Positions 15,001-27,280 of a DNA stretch of 64,000 nucleotides are shown here, piece by piece; position 1 is the stretch's first letter; each line of letters starts with the position of its first letter. The notes under the pieces are model-generated. The model searched no databases. It saw only the letters and a list, made by a program, of their open reading frames with translations, and had not been told where the DNA came from. This DNA comes from Tubulanus polymorphus (Eukaryota > Animalia > Nemertea), in assembly GCF_964204645.1 (NCBI RefSeq), contig NC_134029.1, positions 11,248,850-11,312,849 on the forward strand, read 5' to 3'. A program made the translations under genes and the position numbers.

Positions 15001-18000
15001 AATGCTACATTCTACTTAGTGTCGAACTGAGTCACACATACATAGTTCATTATTGCTAACCATATTTTAGGAACCACTACCCCACCCCCAGGTAGCGCTG
15101 AAAGTTATGACGAGAATGAGTACTATTTTGAAAGTACGTAAGTTGGTCATTAGAGAAATCAGTTATTTGAATAATCTGTCAGCCTATATTAACGACCAAC
15201 GGCATGTCATGTCAGTGTCATGTCACAAATTGGTAATCCCATTGGAATCTGATTTTAAGATTTATCATACTGGTATAAACCATGTTCATTTTGAAATATG
15301 AATTATGAAAAGTAATGTGAAGTAACATCATGAACATCCTTGGTTATACCAGAGGCCTGCCTTTTCAATCTAGGCCTACCTGTAGTTCTGCTGTAATTGG
15401 GCTATAAGAGTGTCATGACTAGTAAGAAACTAAGATAGGACCATTGGCATTGTCATGCATATTTGGTGGATTTGCAGTTAAGGTATGTCCAAATCAGATT
15501 TTTATACTGAAAATGCAAAATTTGGAAAATCCTAATCTGAATATGTATCAAAATCTTTAGAAAATAGTATAGCCCATCTTAAGGTATGAAGGTTGACATA
15601 TTCTTCAAATATGGTTCAGATTAAAATTCAATTATGGAAATGAAGAGAGGTAAAAGGGTCTGGTCGATTTTGTTTGTTTCTGGTTTTCTTTCCTTGACTG
15701 TTCTTCCTTTGTAAGTTATGATGTTTGTATATTGTATTATTGATTAGTTTCTCACAGCGGAAAACTAAGTAATTCAAGGGAAGTTGTGGATAATTGCTTT
15801 GTATTGTAGAAAGGATAAGTGTATAACTGCTTCAAAAAGGGATAACTTTGTTTGCTATTTATTATCCTGTGTTTAAGATGAATCAGTTCCCTTTGTGTTG
15901 TTCTTTCCCAATTGTGTCTGAATGTTGGTGACAGTACACCAGTGCCATAACTTTAAAACGAAAATATTTAAACTGTTGGAAATATATTTTGTTATCCATT
16001 TTCATAACCCATTCCATCAAAAATGCATTTTTTTGTGTTATTCCATTGACATAGAATGGGAATATTTTTGTTTTCTAGGGGTGCCTCCTCCAGTAATAAG
16101 CAGTGCTAATGGCAATTTTCAACCAATGGGACCACCACCAGATGGTAAGTGAATAATTTTTCATTTAGTATTGGTATTGATAAATGTATCATCCGCTGTA
16201 GGTTGTTTTTGATTGACATATATTCACTAAGAAGCACGCGAGTCAAATATTTGATGTGAACAATATTTAGAACTAGCAGAAGGGAGTGTTCGGATGAAGC
16301 CAAGCAGAAGATTAAAGCATCAAGGCAAGAGTGTGTTTCAGTCTTTCTGGACACACTTCTCCTCTCCTAATCCTGGATCCTAGCAATGAGTCGGGCCCAT
16401 ACCCGGGGAGTTCGACAACTGGTCTAGCTACCTATAGCTCAGCAAGCGTTCTTAGTTTCTGGGAAAAATCTGATAAATTGATAAATAGTATCGCTGTTGT
16501 AATTTCATCACTTCTTGTGGAATTGGGGTTACCCATGTTTTTTGGTTCTCGCCACCAGGGGGAGTTGAATATTGAAGTACATACAATTTGCCTATATACG
16601 TATATTGGTACCTATGGATATTTTGTAACCACAATCAATTGCAAAATTGTAGCTCATGACATGTTCCATGATTGTGAAGTGTCTTCAGGACATCGGTTGT
16701 TGTATATGGTCACCAGGGGGTGCTAAATAGCCGAATATGATACTATCTTCATATTGCCTAGTCCTAGTCTAAAGAGCAATTATAATGGTGTATTTCAGCA
16801 TTTTATGGAGGCCCTCCTCCGCCAGCCATGGTACCTCCACCAGACAGGTATGTGCTTTCATCTATATCTTTAACTTAAAGCTGTATGAAAGATATGTCAC
16901 TTCATACTTTCAATCATTCAACTTCTGTTTTTGTTATTTTTCAGAGGTCCAATGCCACCTTTCTATGGTGCTCCACCTCCCAATTTCATTCATCCACCTC
17001 AGTTCTCTGGACCGCCACCTCATTGGGAAAAACGGTATGTGTTTGCCTGGCATCAATTCCTCAATGGAAAGAAATTTTCATGATTTGGATGGCAATCTGG
17101 CTATGGTTGTACATAGACTGGGCATTGAAATTGACACAAGCATTAAATCGATAATCTAGTCATTATCTACAATTTACAAACAGAAAGCTAAACTGTCAAT
17201 TCAAAATTGTTCCTTGTGTTTGAATGAAATCAGTACCTGTCTATTAAACCTCGACCTTGGTGCAATGTTGGTTTTGGTTCTAATTGATCCTAATTCCCAG
17301 GTTTTGGGGCAAATTATATGTAGCTTTGGATGAAATATGTTAGACTATGTTTGGTGTGAAAGTAAATGTGCTATGGATCTGTTCGTTGATTTACTACAGG
17401 TCACCAGGTCGTGAATCGCCTGTCCGAGATTGGGACTTTAATAAAAGCCGATCACCAGGCTGGAGTAGTGGGTAAGGCTTAATTTCCATCGCTTTTGTAA
17501 ATGTCTTGAATTCCGCATTTTCTTTATCTATCAGTATCTGTCGCTTTCAATCTTTGAGAAAAGTCCATCATTTCCTGCTAAAATGCCTGAGATTTTTCAA
17601 ATAATGTCTTGCCTAATGCTAATTTTACTCAAAAGTAGCGGTAGGTTTCCTAAACAAATTATATGTTGTTTGCCAGTTTCACTTTAACAGTAGTAATCTC
17701 TGTATGGATTTTAACACATTAGCACATAGGAATTTCACTATGTAGCGTCAATTACTCTTCAGAAAATCAAATAGAAACCCACATTTACGACATTACAGTA
17801 GATCATTTCCAATTATTTTCATGTAAAATTTCATGTTCATGTTATTTTGTAAACACAGTATGCTCTCATGATATATAATTTGATGAGGTGGCCCACCAAA
17901 ATCACGACCTTTTGTCCCCTGAAAATTCATCCAGACTTACTGATACAAATGAGTGCTCAGATCATTTTCATACTCCAAATACATGTACTCTAAAATTTCA

Positions 18001-21000
18001 AATTGGACCATGTTGATTTCTCTACACAAATTTGACTTCTTAGGTGTCTTGTTTATCCTAAGTTAATAGGTTTGACATTTCTATGTCAAGACAAAAAAAG
18101 AGTCAGGGCCGATCTGGGCACCTTGAGGAGTAATAGGCAGGGCCTATGCTGGCAGCTTGATAGGGCTTATAGGTAAAGTTGTTCTACGTGTAGTCATGTA
18201 ATTCATTTCATTTGGAAGTTGTTTTATGATGATTAGCTAGTAATAGATGATTAGTTAATAAAGATGATTAGTTAGTAAAATCTAACAAACTTGATTTGAT
18301 CATGTATTGACATGACACTTCTTACTGTCAGTCACTGTCAATTGGATTAAGATTTACAAAGTGTGAGACATTTTTAATTGGTAATTTGTATGGCAAAATG
18401 CATTCTATCATTGTCATACATCCTGTTATGGATTTAAAAAAACAGGCTAAACTGACTGAGGCTGTCTTGAGGAAAAATTAGATTCTTGCTATAGTAGACT
18501 CCTCTCAACTCACATTCATATGGACCAGAAAAAAATCATTCCGTTTAGCGGCATTCGAGTCGGAGTTTTTGATGAAAGAGGTCATAAATTATTAAGAAAT
18601 TAACCCTCAATGAACCATTCTGTATCGACTCTACATGGCTCGTTTGACAGTGGGATACAAAATAAAAGTAAATTCTACTTTTTACCTTCATGACGTAGTC
18701 ATGAAGGTTATAAGATGGTAGCGAGTCGATGATGTCATTTTCGTGTCACCGCTTATAACTTGTTGGTGGAGTTCAGACGAAGATTTGTCAAACGAATAAA
18801 TACTTTAATCATATTAATGCAGAGTGTAAAATTCAGCTTTTTAGCCCACTTGGGACTTAAGTCCCAGCGGGCTATTGCATTCACTTTTCGTCTGTATACG
18901 GAATCCAGTTATTTTGGGAAGTTTTTCAGACGCTTCAATGTAATGTCTTTATATTTGGGTTACACATGTATCTACCCTAGACACATCTTCAGCTCAAAAA
19001 CTGGCCCTGTCAGAATCAAGATGGCCGACTGGCAGCCATTGTTGTTCACCAAAATCAGCACTTTTTACACATTATTGAACTTTTTGAAGGAAATATTGAA
19101 GACACTTCGATCAATTACCTTGATATTTTGTATATATTTGAATTCACCAAGGGTCCAGCAGGATAAGAATAATTGGGTCGATCGGACTCAAGATGGCTGT
19201 CCTATGACCTTTTTTGTGCCCTAAAGTGTCAATTTTGGCCCGAATTCCGATTCCTTTAGTTTCCTGCTGGTTTGCCATTTATCATTGCAATTTGTGATGG
19301 GTCTTCTTTTGAAAGGGATCTTTTATACCTGATACAGGTATTTCTGATCAGCAGCAATCTTGGTATCATCAGTAGTCATTCATTGTGGAAAAAAGTTTTT
19401 CCCTATTTTATCGACACCTATGCATATTCTTGTTACCGCCATTGTAGAAATTAGAAATTGTAGCTCATAGCATGTTCTATGATATTGGTGAGTGTCAATG
19501 TCATTAGTATTCTATATGGTCACCAGGGGGCATTGAATGATATGATAACTTAGTATTTCTACATTATATTTGTACCTATGCATATTTTGTTAGCAAAATC
19601 AATTGCAAAGTTGTAGCACATGACATCGTCTATGATTGTGGTGAGTTTAAGGAGATTTGTTATTCTATATGGTGACCAGGGGGCGTTGAATGGTAGAATA
19701 ACTCAGCATTTCCTTATTATATGGTACCTAGGCATATTTTGTTACTATCATCAATTGCAAAGTTGTAGCTCATGACATTTTCTATGATTGTGGTGAGTTT
19801 CAAGGTCATTGGGTTTTGCAGATGGTCAACAGGGGACATTGATTAGTAGAATAACTTAGCATTTCCATATCAACTTGGTAACGAGGCATATATTGTTATC
19901 ACAATCAATTACAAAATCGTAGCTGCTGATATGTTGTATGATATCGTATATCGTCACCAGGGGCGTTGAATATTGAAATTGTTAGATTGTTGAGCATTTG
20001 AAACAACTTCCCAAGTGGGCATGGCGTCCCTGGACGAGCGAGTGCGTCCACTTTTTGGTGGTACGGTTTTTTATGCAAATAGTGGTGCCGATTCCCGGGA
20101 GATTCCTCATTAACATGGTTCCCTATGCAACAAGCAATCAGAGCTTCGCGCACCTGTAACATAGTCCTGTGGATAGACTGTTTAGTAACACATTTTCCTT
20201 GCCAAACTTGTATTCTAGACGTTTTGGCCCCACTTTCGCGGATGAGCCACCGCACAGGATTTCCGCAAAGCAGCAGAAACAAACATGGCCACCTTTTGAA
20301 TTTTCAATGTTAGAAATTGTACATGAATTTCAATTATTTCAGCTGTTAGGGTTTCAAGGTACAATATAACTAGATGATGTGATATGGCATTGTTAATAAA
20401 TGATAATGCCGCAGTGAAGCCAGTCACGAAATGTTCCGATTGAGTGAACAGCAGTCAGAAACATATGAATTAGGGTAGTTACATAACTATTTGCAGTAAA
20501 GTACAGACAAAACATGAAGCCTTAATGGCCGTTTACAAAAACATTCTAGCAATCAGAATTGAAAGATAATAATGATATACAACTTTAAATTTGTTGCCCG
20601 CACACTTGCGACAACGACGCTGCTATACGATACTGTGCTGCCACTTTTATCAATCATGTGGTCATAGAAAATGGCAGCGCCCATTGCAGAATTATCTTGT
20701 TCCGAAAGTGAAAAGATGTCAAAATAACTTTACTGACAAGGCAGTCACATTCCGATAGTCATTCCTAAATATCAAGACTGCCATCTAAACTTAATGGCAA
20801 TCTACATCTTAGATATTGATTGTCAATGACTTATATATGCTTTTAGCATTTTGTCCATTTTCTGGATAGTTACAAACAAATTAGAACATAAAAATGAAAA
20901 ATAATGAAATACGAAAATTTTCATGCGGGACCCCACGATCTACACGGGCGGGTGATGGATCAAACAGACAGGGATACTCCTGTCACAACAATTTTATTGT

Positions 21001-24000
21001 CCAATACTGCGTCCGATTCCTTTTCGCTGGGCATTTCGAATATATAAATTAAATTAGTATTGTATATACTCAACGCATGGGCACTGATTCTGAAACCGGC
21101 GGCATTCCCGCAGGATTAGGCGCACACTCAGGCGTACTTGCCGCACCACGCCAAAAATATCAAGCAAGTTTGATGTCGGCGTCAAAGCCGCAAGCGGCAA
21201 AAAGGGCTGAAAATATCACCCGCACACTAGGCGCTTTTGACGCCGGCAGCTTTGTTGTGGCGGCTTTGGCGCTAGTGTGCGGGGGGCTTTAAGTTAAAAT
21301 TATGGCCATTTCTAAAATTATAGCAAAATTATATTATAATTTGTAGTCAGTGCGGAACGTTTGGTTTTGGAACAATGATGAGGGGTGGTAGGTAGTCGTT
21401 CAATTCAAGTCATGATTTACCACATGTTACTTCCGTGTTGTTGAAAATCTCGCGAGAATGGCGCAACATAGAAACTGGCAATAAATGCCAAATATCATAC
21501 ATATTTGTTATTACATACTCATAACTTACTGTACGGAAATAGTTGTTGGTGCTAGCACAGGAATTTTGCAAGGTGGGAGCACCGTACGCCTTGCAGTTAA
21601 GGCATCAGCTGCTGTAACTTTCAATTTCATGTCAAACTTTTCAGAATATTGATTACAAAATCTGGTGTCAGTGATTAAAATTGTCAACAGCATTTTAAAG
21701 AAATTTAATAGACAGCATTTTGAAGCCGTTGGTACAATGATACATCAAAGGCTATGTACTAACACATCGTCGGCAAAAGCCGTCAATTGCCGTCGTGAAA
21801 TTCGAACCATGACCAGTGCTTATTTTGGTAAATAAAACGTGCGTATGAATATGCAGATGAATTTTACGCAATACTTATTTGCATATACAGGGGTGTAGCC
21901 ACGGATGCGACAACTGCGACATATGTCGCACCAATAATTTAAAAACCCATTATGCTAAAACGTCATAATAAACGTTATTCTGTATTTACATGGGGGGGGG
22001 TATCAAGTTCTTTCGAAGATGTCAGTGGTGCTAATTTACAGAGGCATTGGTAATGCACATGAGACTTTCGGTGTAGGCCACATCCAACCCAGTGACTCCA
22101 GCGAGTTTTGTTTATAGTGTTTACGGTATCACATCTGGACCATGCACCTCACAGTATCAAAGTTGCCGAATTCAGAAGACTTTTTTCATATTACTTTACA
22201 GTGACTCAAACCGGTATTCTTCTGGTTATATTTCACTGATTCTGTAGGTGTTTTTTGTTCATGAAAAATGAACCATAATAAGGGATTTGACCAAAAAATT
22301 CTGCTCAAGTGCCGAGACATGGAAACCGAGAAAATCGAGAGAGTACCGGTATTGATGTGCAATAAGCTAACATCAGTTAACTATTCATCAATAAATGGTC
22401 AAGGGCAGATCCAGCCTACCACTTGTATCGAGGGGTACTCAGATTTGCCCTGCTATTTTTCTAGTTCGTGATTTTGACAGGCTCTTGTACTAAAATGAAT
22501 GTTTTATTCCGGGCAAGTATTCTGGAAGTAGTATAGAAAATGGTCTAAATGAATCTAAACGAAAATAATTAACTTCAAGGGGGGTAGACTTTATACCCCA
22601 AATATGCTTAAAGATTGCATCTCAGAGCCTTGAAAAATCAAAATTTTCTGGGGGAGTGCCCCCAGGTCCGTTTTGTGCTATGATATAGTTGCCATTCCAG
22701 TTCAGCAGGACTCAGAAACCGCTCTGGGATGGTGAAACATCTGGATCCGTCCCTAGACCAAAGATAACCTTATAGGCATTATATTATCTACAGAAAAATT
22801 ATTCAAATATCAGCTCTCATAGCCATCAGAACGCATCTCAGACGTTTTAATGTTAAAAATTTTCTTGTGGGAGGGCCCCCAAACCCCCCTTCTAGACATC
22901 GAGCCTTCGGCGCTCGTTTGGATGTGCGCTCCAGATTGTCGCACCATTGAATTTTAGGTGGCTACGCCCCTGATATATAAAACACCAAAACAGGTGAACT
23001 AGTATAAATTAGGACATATGTAATGTACCTTACAAATTGCATCCCTATATCCTTTTCTGAAATATTTTAAACTTTGTCAAGTATCTCATATCTCATAAGG
23101 CTGTGGTAAACCTCTTGGCCCATGGGCAATTATTTAACTTGGTTGCCGTACACCCACTAATTACACCGAAAGGTTTGCAAGTTTCTTGCTCTTCCAATAT
23201 GGCTATGGTGGGTATTTTGAATTCCTTGTTAGTGCTCATGACACTTCAAATGATAAGCAATTTTCTGAAGGTTGGTAACAATGTCCATGGATTACTCATA
23301 TCGAAATTCACCGTGCTCACATCTCAAAATGGCCTCCAAGGTGGACATCTTGAATTAATCATTAGTGCTGTACACACATCTAATAAAATGCGATTTCTTT
23401 TAAACTTGGTGGGTGTAACGGGGAATTCCGGCGCTACTAAAATAATTATGGGAAAGCCATAGAATGGCGTACGTTTCATTCGACTAGGTGCCGTATACGT
23501 TCCGATTTCAAATGCTCATTGCTGGTGAGGATGTAATTATTTCACTCATCTGCCATAGGTATTGTTTCATTTTAATACCCGGTGATTGTTTTGATTGACA
23601 TTGAGGTGTATGCGAATATTCACTTACACGAGGCCTCCACATGCACGCGGAGTGCTACACCACACACACACACAAGCTCGTACAGTACACTACTAAGGGT
23701 GATGCTGTAACACGTGCACGTTTGACATGAAAATAGGCTGAATAATCGTAGCAGAAGATGAGCGCTGTGTTTTCTGTTCGATAGAATTTTGTAATTTCTT
23801 GTGACCTGAATATTGTAGTGGTAAATTCCAGGATTTAAAACGATCTAATAGCCGATTTCTTCTGTACCGGTATTTTAGCTTCCGTCGCCAACATTGGAAG
23901 AGGTTTCCAAAACCCAATATTCAGCCACCCTCTGATATGTGACATCATATGAATTTCAGGCCATCCCAAAATAATGGTCTGTTTGCCGTAACCCAACCAA

Positions 24001-27000
24001 CCCGACTCTACGCGAATCCAAAACTTTTTTCTGGGATTCATTGAAATAAATTTTATCTTTGATAAAAACGGCCGACCGACCCACTGCCTACTATGAGCTA
24101 CGTATTTTTGAATTCAAGTGTGCATCGTGTGAAAAAATGCCTTGACATGTGGCCTAGTTTAAGTTTTCCAGGAAACTGACAGTGTTCCAATAAGCTGCCA
24201 TTCATTCTAATGCTGGTAACGTAAAAGCGCGCACATATTCAATGTACTGTTTCATTTTTAACACAGAGATGACGCTCTGGGCGAAGTTATAATTTTAGAA
24301 TAATTCTTGAAATCTACGCTATTAGACAAATTACCCGTGCACAACGTAGATGATTTTTTTGCGATATTGTTTCCATGAAAAAAAGCCCAAAGGTGAAAAA
24401 AAATTTTTTTCTTTACCAAAAATCTTGCCAAAAAAAATTTCTACCTACCTACCGACTCATCCTGAAAAGTTGAGTCAGTGTTGCGGCAAACAGACAATTA
24501 TTTTGGGATGGCCTTATTTGAATATTTTTTCATATTGTGAAACATATTTTTTTTAAATATAAAATAGTTTCCCTGCCGTGCCTACCTGTACCCTTCAAAA
24601 TTTTGGACGTGGACCGTAAACAAATGTATATCTTTGGTCGTATTTGACTACAAAAGATTCTTTGAGAAAGATAAAATACAATATAAACTTGTGGAACTTT
24701 GAAGTCACGAATTAAAAAGATTTTTCAAGCAATGCCCTTATTCCAAACAACCTCTAGCTTTCAAGGTAAACCACACTTCGCCCATGGGCAATTTATTTAA
24801 CATATCAGGGTCATGTACATGGTATTCCGCCATGTTTTAGTTTTTTACTGTATGCAATTCTGATATTATATTAAGGATACCATTCTCTTTGTTGTGTAGG
24901 TCAGAAGAGGATGTGAGATATCGACGAGACAGGGAGAGAGATCGTGATTACGATCGAGATCGCAGCAGCTATCGTAGAGACAGGGATACATCGGATTCCA
25001 GATCAAAAGAACGTGAAAGAGATAGAGACCGAGATCGAAAACACCGGGACAGGCCAGAAAGAGAACATAAGCGAAGGTATGGTAGAATAGAACTCGAAAC
25101 AGAGGTGTTGCTGTGGCTATGTACTTCTGGTGTTTAGTGTGCTTTACTCCTTTTCAGTCCATGACCATAATTTGTAATGAAGTACAATGATTCTTTTGTT
25201 AGTAATTTTGGATAGATCAGAAGGGAAAAAGACAAGGGCCTTTTAGAATATTGATTCATTTGTTATGGAAACCCCTAACTTGGCACTCAGTCTGACAAGT
25301 AGAACTTTTAAGGTTCACAAAGAAAACAGTTTGCTTTGAATAGAAATATCCTCAAAAAGCATATTTTAAATGATTAAACTCTAGCTTGAACATAAGAATG
25401 CCTGTTCTTGAGCAGACATATAAGCATGTTTAAAGTCTAGTACTTTTCATTGGCAGAAATGAATTAAAATATGAATTTTTCAAATGCAATTAGTATTGAA
25501 TGAACAAATTGGAAAAAGTAAAGAAAATTATTTCTCCCAATTATTGGAAAATTACCCCTAAAATTTTGGATCCTGTTCTAGAAATAGAATCAATTTGTTA
25601 TGAGCTATGTACACCGATCCATCCATCGAAAAAAATCACTTCCGTATATCACAATAACTCGTGTAATCAATCCGATTACCGTAATATGAACAAAATTAGC
25701 ATGAAAATGGAAAATTTCCTTCCGATGACATAACACATAAACATAGACAGAGACACACCCATACCCTTGCATTACAAACATTATGTTTACCGCAAGGCAG
25801 AAAGGTCCCAACAGATATGGATATTGCCAACCAGACAGTAATTCCATAGAATAGATGTCCCGCACCTGGAACCTAATCGCAATAGAAAAGATAGTTCTGC
25901 CACTCTTATACTTATAATTACATAGTTTTGCGATAAAACAGAATTACATGTACTTCATTGGACCTAAAAATGTATTGATTATATAAGCCTTAAGAAGGTA
26001 TATGTAACGAATGCGGTTGATTGTTCAATAGGGTATTATAGTATATAGTATAGATAGGTATATCACGGTTTATGGTGTGCTGACCTAGACGTATCGGCCC
26101 CACTCCGCGCGGTTGTGCCACCGCACGGGATTTACGCGAAGCAGCATACACAAACATGGCCACTCTCTCAATTTTCAATGATAGAAATCGTGTGTGCATT
26201 TCAATTATTTCGGCTGTTAGGGTTTTAAGGCACAATATAAGTTGATGATGTGATATGGGGATGTTAATTAATGATAATTCCACAGTGAAGCTAGTGACGA
26301 ATGGTGCCGATTGAGTGTACAGCTGCCAAAAACACTGAAATGTGCGTAGTTGCGTAACTATTTGCAGTGAATTGCAGACGAAACATGAAGCCTTAACGGC
26401 CGTTTAAAAAAAATTATATCAATCGCAATTGTAAAATAAAAATAGATAGAACCTAAGTTAAAATTCTGGCCATTTCTAAAATGTTATTACTTATTTTTAG
26501 TCAGTGCCGAATGTTTATTTTTCCAACATTAATGAGGGGTGGTAGGTAGTCATGCAATTCAAGTCATCATTTATTACACGTTACTTCCGTGTTGTTGAAA
26601 ATCTCGCGAGTCCTGGACCAAACCCCATTGAACAATGTGATCTGTGTGCTGGCCACAAATGCACACAGATCACACTACACTACCCATTACACACTCCAGT
26701 ACCCACAGCTTTCATATATCCATCCAATGATTTAGAGTTTCTTCCTGGATAGATTTCTACATGAGCATAGCTCGTGAATCATCATGTACGCCAACGTCAA
26801 CTGTTGCCAGGGCTACCATAGGCACACGCAAGCTATTTAAACTTCATTGGAAGTCAGATAGAGGGCATATGGGGGTACTGAATGTATGTACTTTTTACGC
26901 ACACCATAGGCATGCATGGTTTTAAATGACATTCGGATATGACAAAGTTTCAATGGTATATACGTATACCTTATTTGGGTTATAACGTATAAATTATCTG

Positions 27001-27280
27001 GTCGCGACTGATGCGTTACATCTTAGGTAGACTGTAACATGTTAATAATTCTTGCCAGTCAAATTGATAAAAATAATGAGTTGTTTCTTTGATAAATTGT
27101 ACGATGTTGATTCTGTCATTATCATTCATGAAATTTCTTTCATGTTTTAGTAGGAAACACGAGGATTCTGATGAGGAACGACGTCGCAGACATAAGAAAA
27201 GCAAACGATCGAAACGCGAGAAAGATGATAGCAGCGGAGGAGGAGAATCAAATAAAGATCCATCTCTTCCACCTGAATAA
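2935..27280 (+). CDS. FIP1L1: Pre-mRNA 3'-end-processing factor FIP1 (FIP1L1), spliced, 5' exons outside window; join(2935-3060,5438-5556,5669-5732,5926-6058,7264-7361,15071-15133,16079-16144,16799-16847,16945-17034,17400-17471,24900-25076,27151-27280)
   Basis: Hand-spliced GT-AG exons keep one frame and give the Fip1 motif ([53 protein letters not shown]), a Pro-rich region, an RD/RE-repeat domain and the C-terminal [11 protein letters not shown], matching metazoan FIP1L1 architecture. Confidence 0.95.
4008..4590. repeat. Diverged local tandem duplication (2 units of about 260-320 bp)
   Basis: ctgttacctgctgcacccac...gatcccatatggtctcaacgggca...cccgtggtttcca occurs twice. Confidence 0.85.
5438..5556 (+). 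CDS. FIP1L1: FIP1L1 exon (Fip1 core motif)
   Basis: ttttcag|gtgcag...tcaacg|gtgtgt; [40 protein letters not shown]; phase 1-0. Confidence 0.95.
5669..5732 (+). CDS. FIP1L1: FIP1L1 exon
   Basis: aatttcag|gat...ccag|gtatgt; [21 protein letters not shown]; supplies the required phase 0-1 bridge. Confidence 0.8.
5926..6058 (+). CDS. FIP1L1: FIP1L1 exon
   Basis: ttttcttccaag|...aatta|gtaagt; [44 protein letters not shown] (GTISVIG resembles the vertebrate GAIDVIG motif); phase 1-2. Confidence 0.85.
6253..6345 (+). ncRNA. Candidate intronic box C/D snoRNA
   Basis: AACA-TTGATGA (C box) ... CTGA-TGTT (D box) with a closing terminal stem, 93 nt, sense to host gene; no target identified. Confidence 0.35.
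6490..6990 (+). mobile_element. HINE/DINE-1-like element, 5' part
   Basis: tttttagcccacttgggac...gggctattgc head followed by cgtccgtcgtccgtc microsatellite; highly similar to 18838-19320. Confidence 0.8.
7264..7361 (+). CDS. FIP1L1: FIP1L1 exon (Pro-rich)
   Basis: ctttttcag|t...ccag|gtaact; [32 protein letters not shown]; phase 2-1. Confidence 0.88.
7718..7818. repeat. Tandem direct repeat, about 50 bp x2
   Basis: tctttgtgaaatgttatttcctgtrtaatttgcatataatgttattttg twice. Confidence 0.9.
10220..10850 (+). repeat. Interspersed repeats C (10220-10420, paralog 23418-23630) and D (10425-10850, paralog 20877-21290)
   Basis: Diverged colinear similarity, e.g. ggggaattccggcgctactaaaataattatggg and ctgattctgaaaccggc...caggattaggcgcacactcagg. 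Confidence 0.85.
11263..11955. mobile_element. Non-autonomous DNA transposon (hAT-like termini)
   Basis: 16-bp TIR cagggttcgaatttca / tgaaattcgaaccctg; right part paralogous to about 21535-21810; no clear TSD. Confidence 0.65.
12194..12400 (+). mobile_element. tRNA-derived SINE
   Basis: ggcc start, A box tagctcagtgag, B box ggttcgagtcc (12262-12272), unrelated body and (caaa)n-like tail; head deleted in copy 2. Confidence 0.75.
15071..15133 (+). CDS. FIP1L1: FIP1L1 exon (3' boundary 15133 or 15137)
   Basis: attttag|ga...; [21 protein letters not shown]; overlapping donors gtacgt (15134) and gtaagt (15138). Confidence 0.7.
16079..16144 (+). CDS. FIP1L1: FIP1L1 exon (Pro-rich)
   Basis: ttttctag|gg...gatg|gtaagt; [21 protein letters not shown]; phase 1-1. 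Confidence 0.88.
16799..16847 (+). CDS. FIP1L1: FIP1L1 exon (Pro-rich)
   Basis: tatttcag|ca...gacag|gtatgt; [16 protein letters not shown]; phase 1-2. Confidence 0.88.
16945..17034 (+). CDS. FIP1L1: FIP1L1 exon (Pro-rich)
   Basis: atttttcag|a...aaacg|gtatgt; [30 protein letters not shown]; phase 2-2. Confidence 0.9.
17400..17471 (+). CDS. FIP1L1: FIP1L1 exon (RS/SP-rich)
   Basis: ctacag|g...agtgg|gtaagg; [24 protein letters not shown]; phase 2-2. Confidence 0.88.
18838..20056 (+). mobile_element. Complete HINE (Helentron-associated interspersed element) with an internal satellite array of about 152 bp; duplicate at 43486-44704
   Basis: 5' subTIR gcccacttggg; 3' subTIR cccaagtgggc followed by hairpin tggacg...cgtcca and a T-run; about 3.5 tandem units at 19450-19980; unit fragments also at about 2745-2890 and 16545-16735. 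Confidence 0.8.
20095..20570 (+). repeat. Interspersed repeat family G (paralogs about 26086-26610 and 30310-30430)
   Basis: Shared ctagacgt...gccaccgcacrggattt...aaacatggccac and agtaacacattttccttgcca blocks. Confidence 0.8.
21888..22972. mobile_element. MITE / non-autonomous DNA transposon; duplicate at 46536-47620
   Basis: TIR caggggtgtagccac / gtggctacgcccctg, flanked by atata on both sides; empty-site paralog of the flanks at about 30497-30604. Confidence 0.85.
23958..24514. mobile_element. MITE (PIF/Harbinger-like termini); duplicate at 48606-49162
   Basis: TIR of about 35 bp, aggccatcccaaaataatggtctgtttgccgtaac / gttgcggcaaacagacaattattttgggatggcct; inserted in a repeat (23735-24800) whose empty-site paralog is 28985-29470. 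Confidence 0.88.
24900..25076 (+). CDS. FIP1L1: FIP1L1 exon (RD/RE repeat domain)
   Basis: ttgtgtag|g...cgaag|gtatgg; [23 protein letters not shown]...REHKR; phase 2-2. Confidence 0.93.
27151..27280 (+). CDS. FIP1L1: FIP1L1 terminal coding exon
   Basis: gttttag|tag NAGNAG acceptor; [42 protein letters not shown]. Confidence 0.93.

Noticed and set aside
15690-15715. U12-type branch point TTCCTTGAC
   Set aside because: No matching RTATCCTT donor was found at any upstream FIP1L1 exon end.
19450-19980. CRISPR-like periodic array
   Set aside because: Whole units are homologous with no unique spacers, the context is eukaryotic and there are no cas genes; it is a satellite inside a HINE.
25790-26830. 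Possible antisense nested gene exons (minus-strand AG/GT-bounded block at about 25790-25875; [23 protein letters not shown] at about 26700-26770)
   Set aside because: No recognisable protein family, frame ambiguous, and no consistent multi-exon chain could be built.
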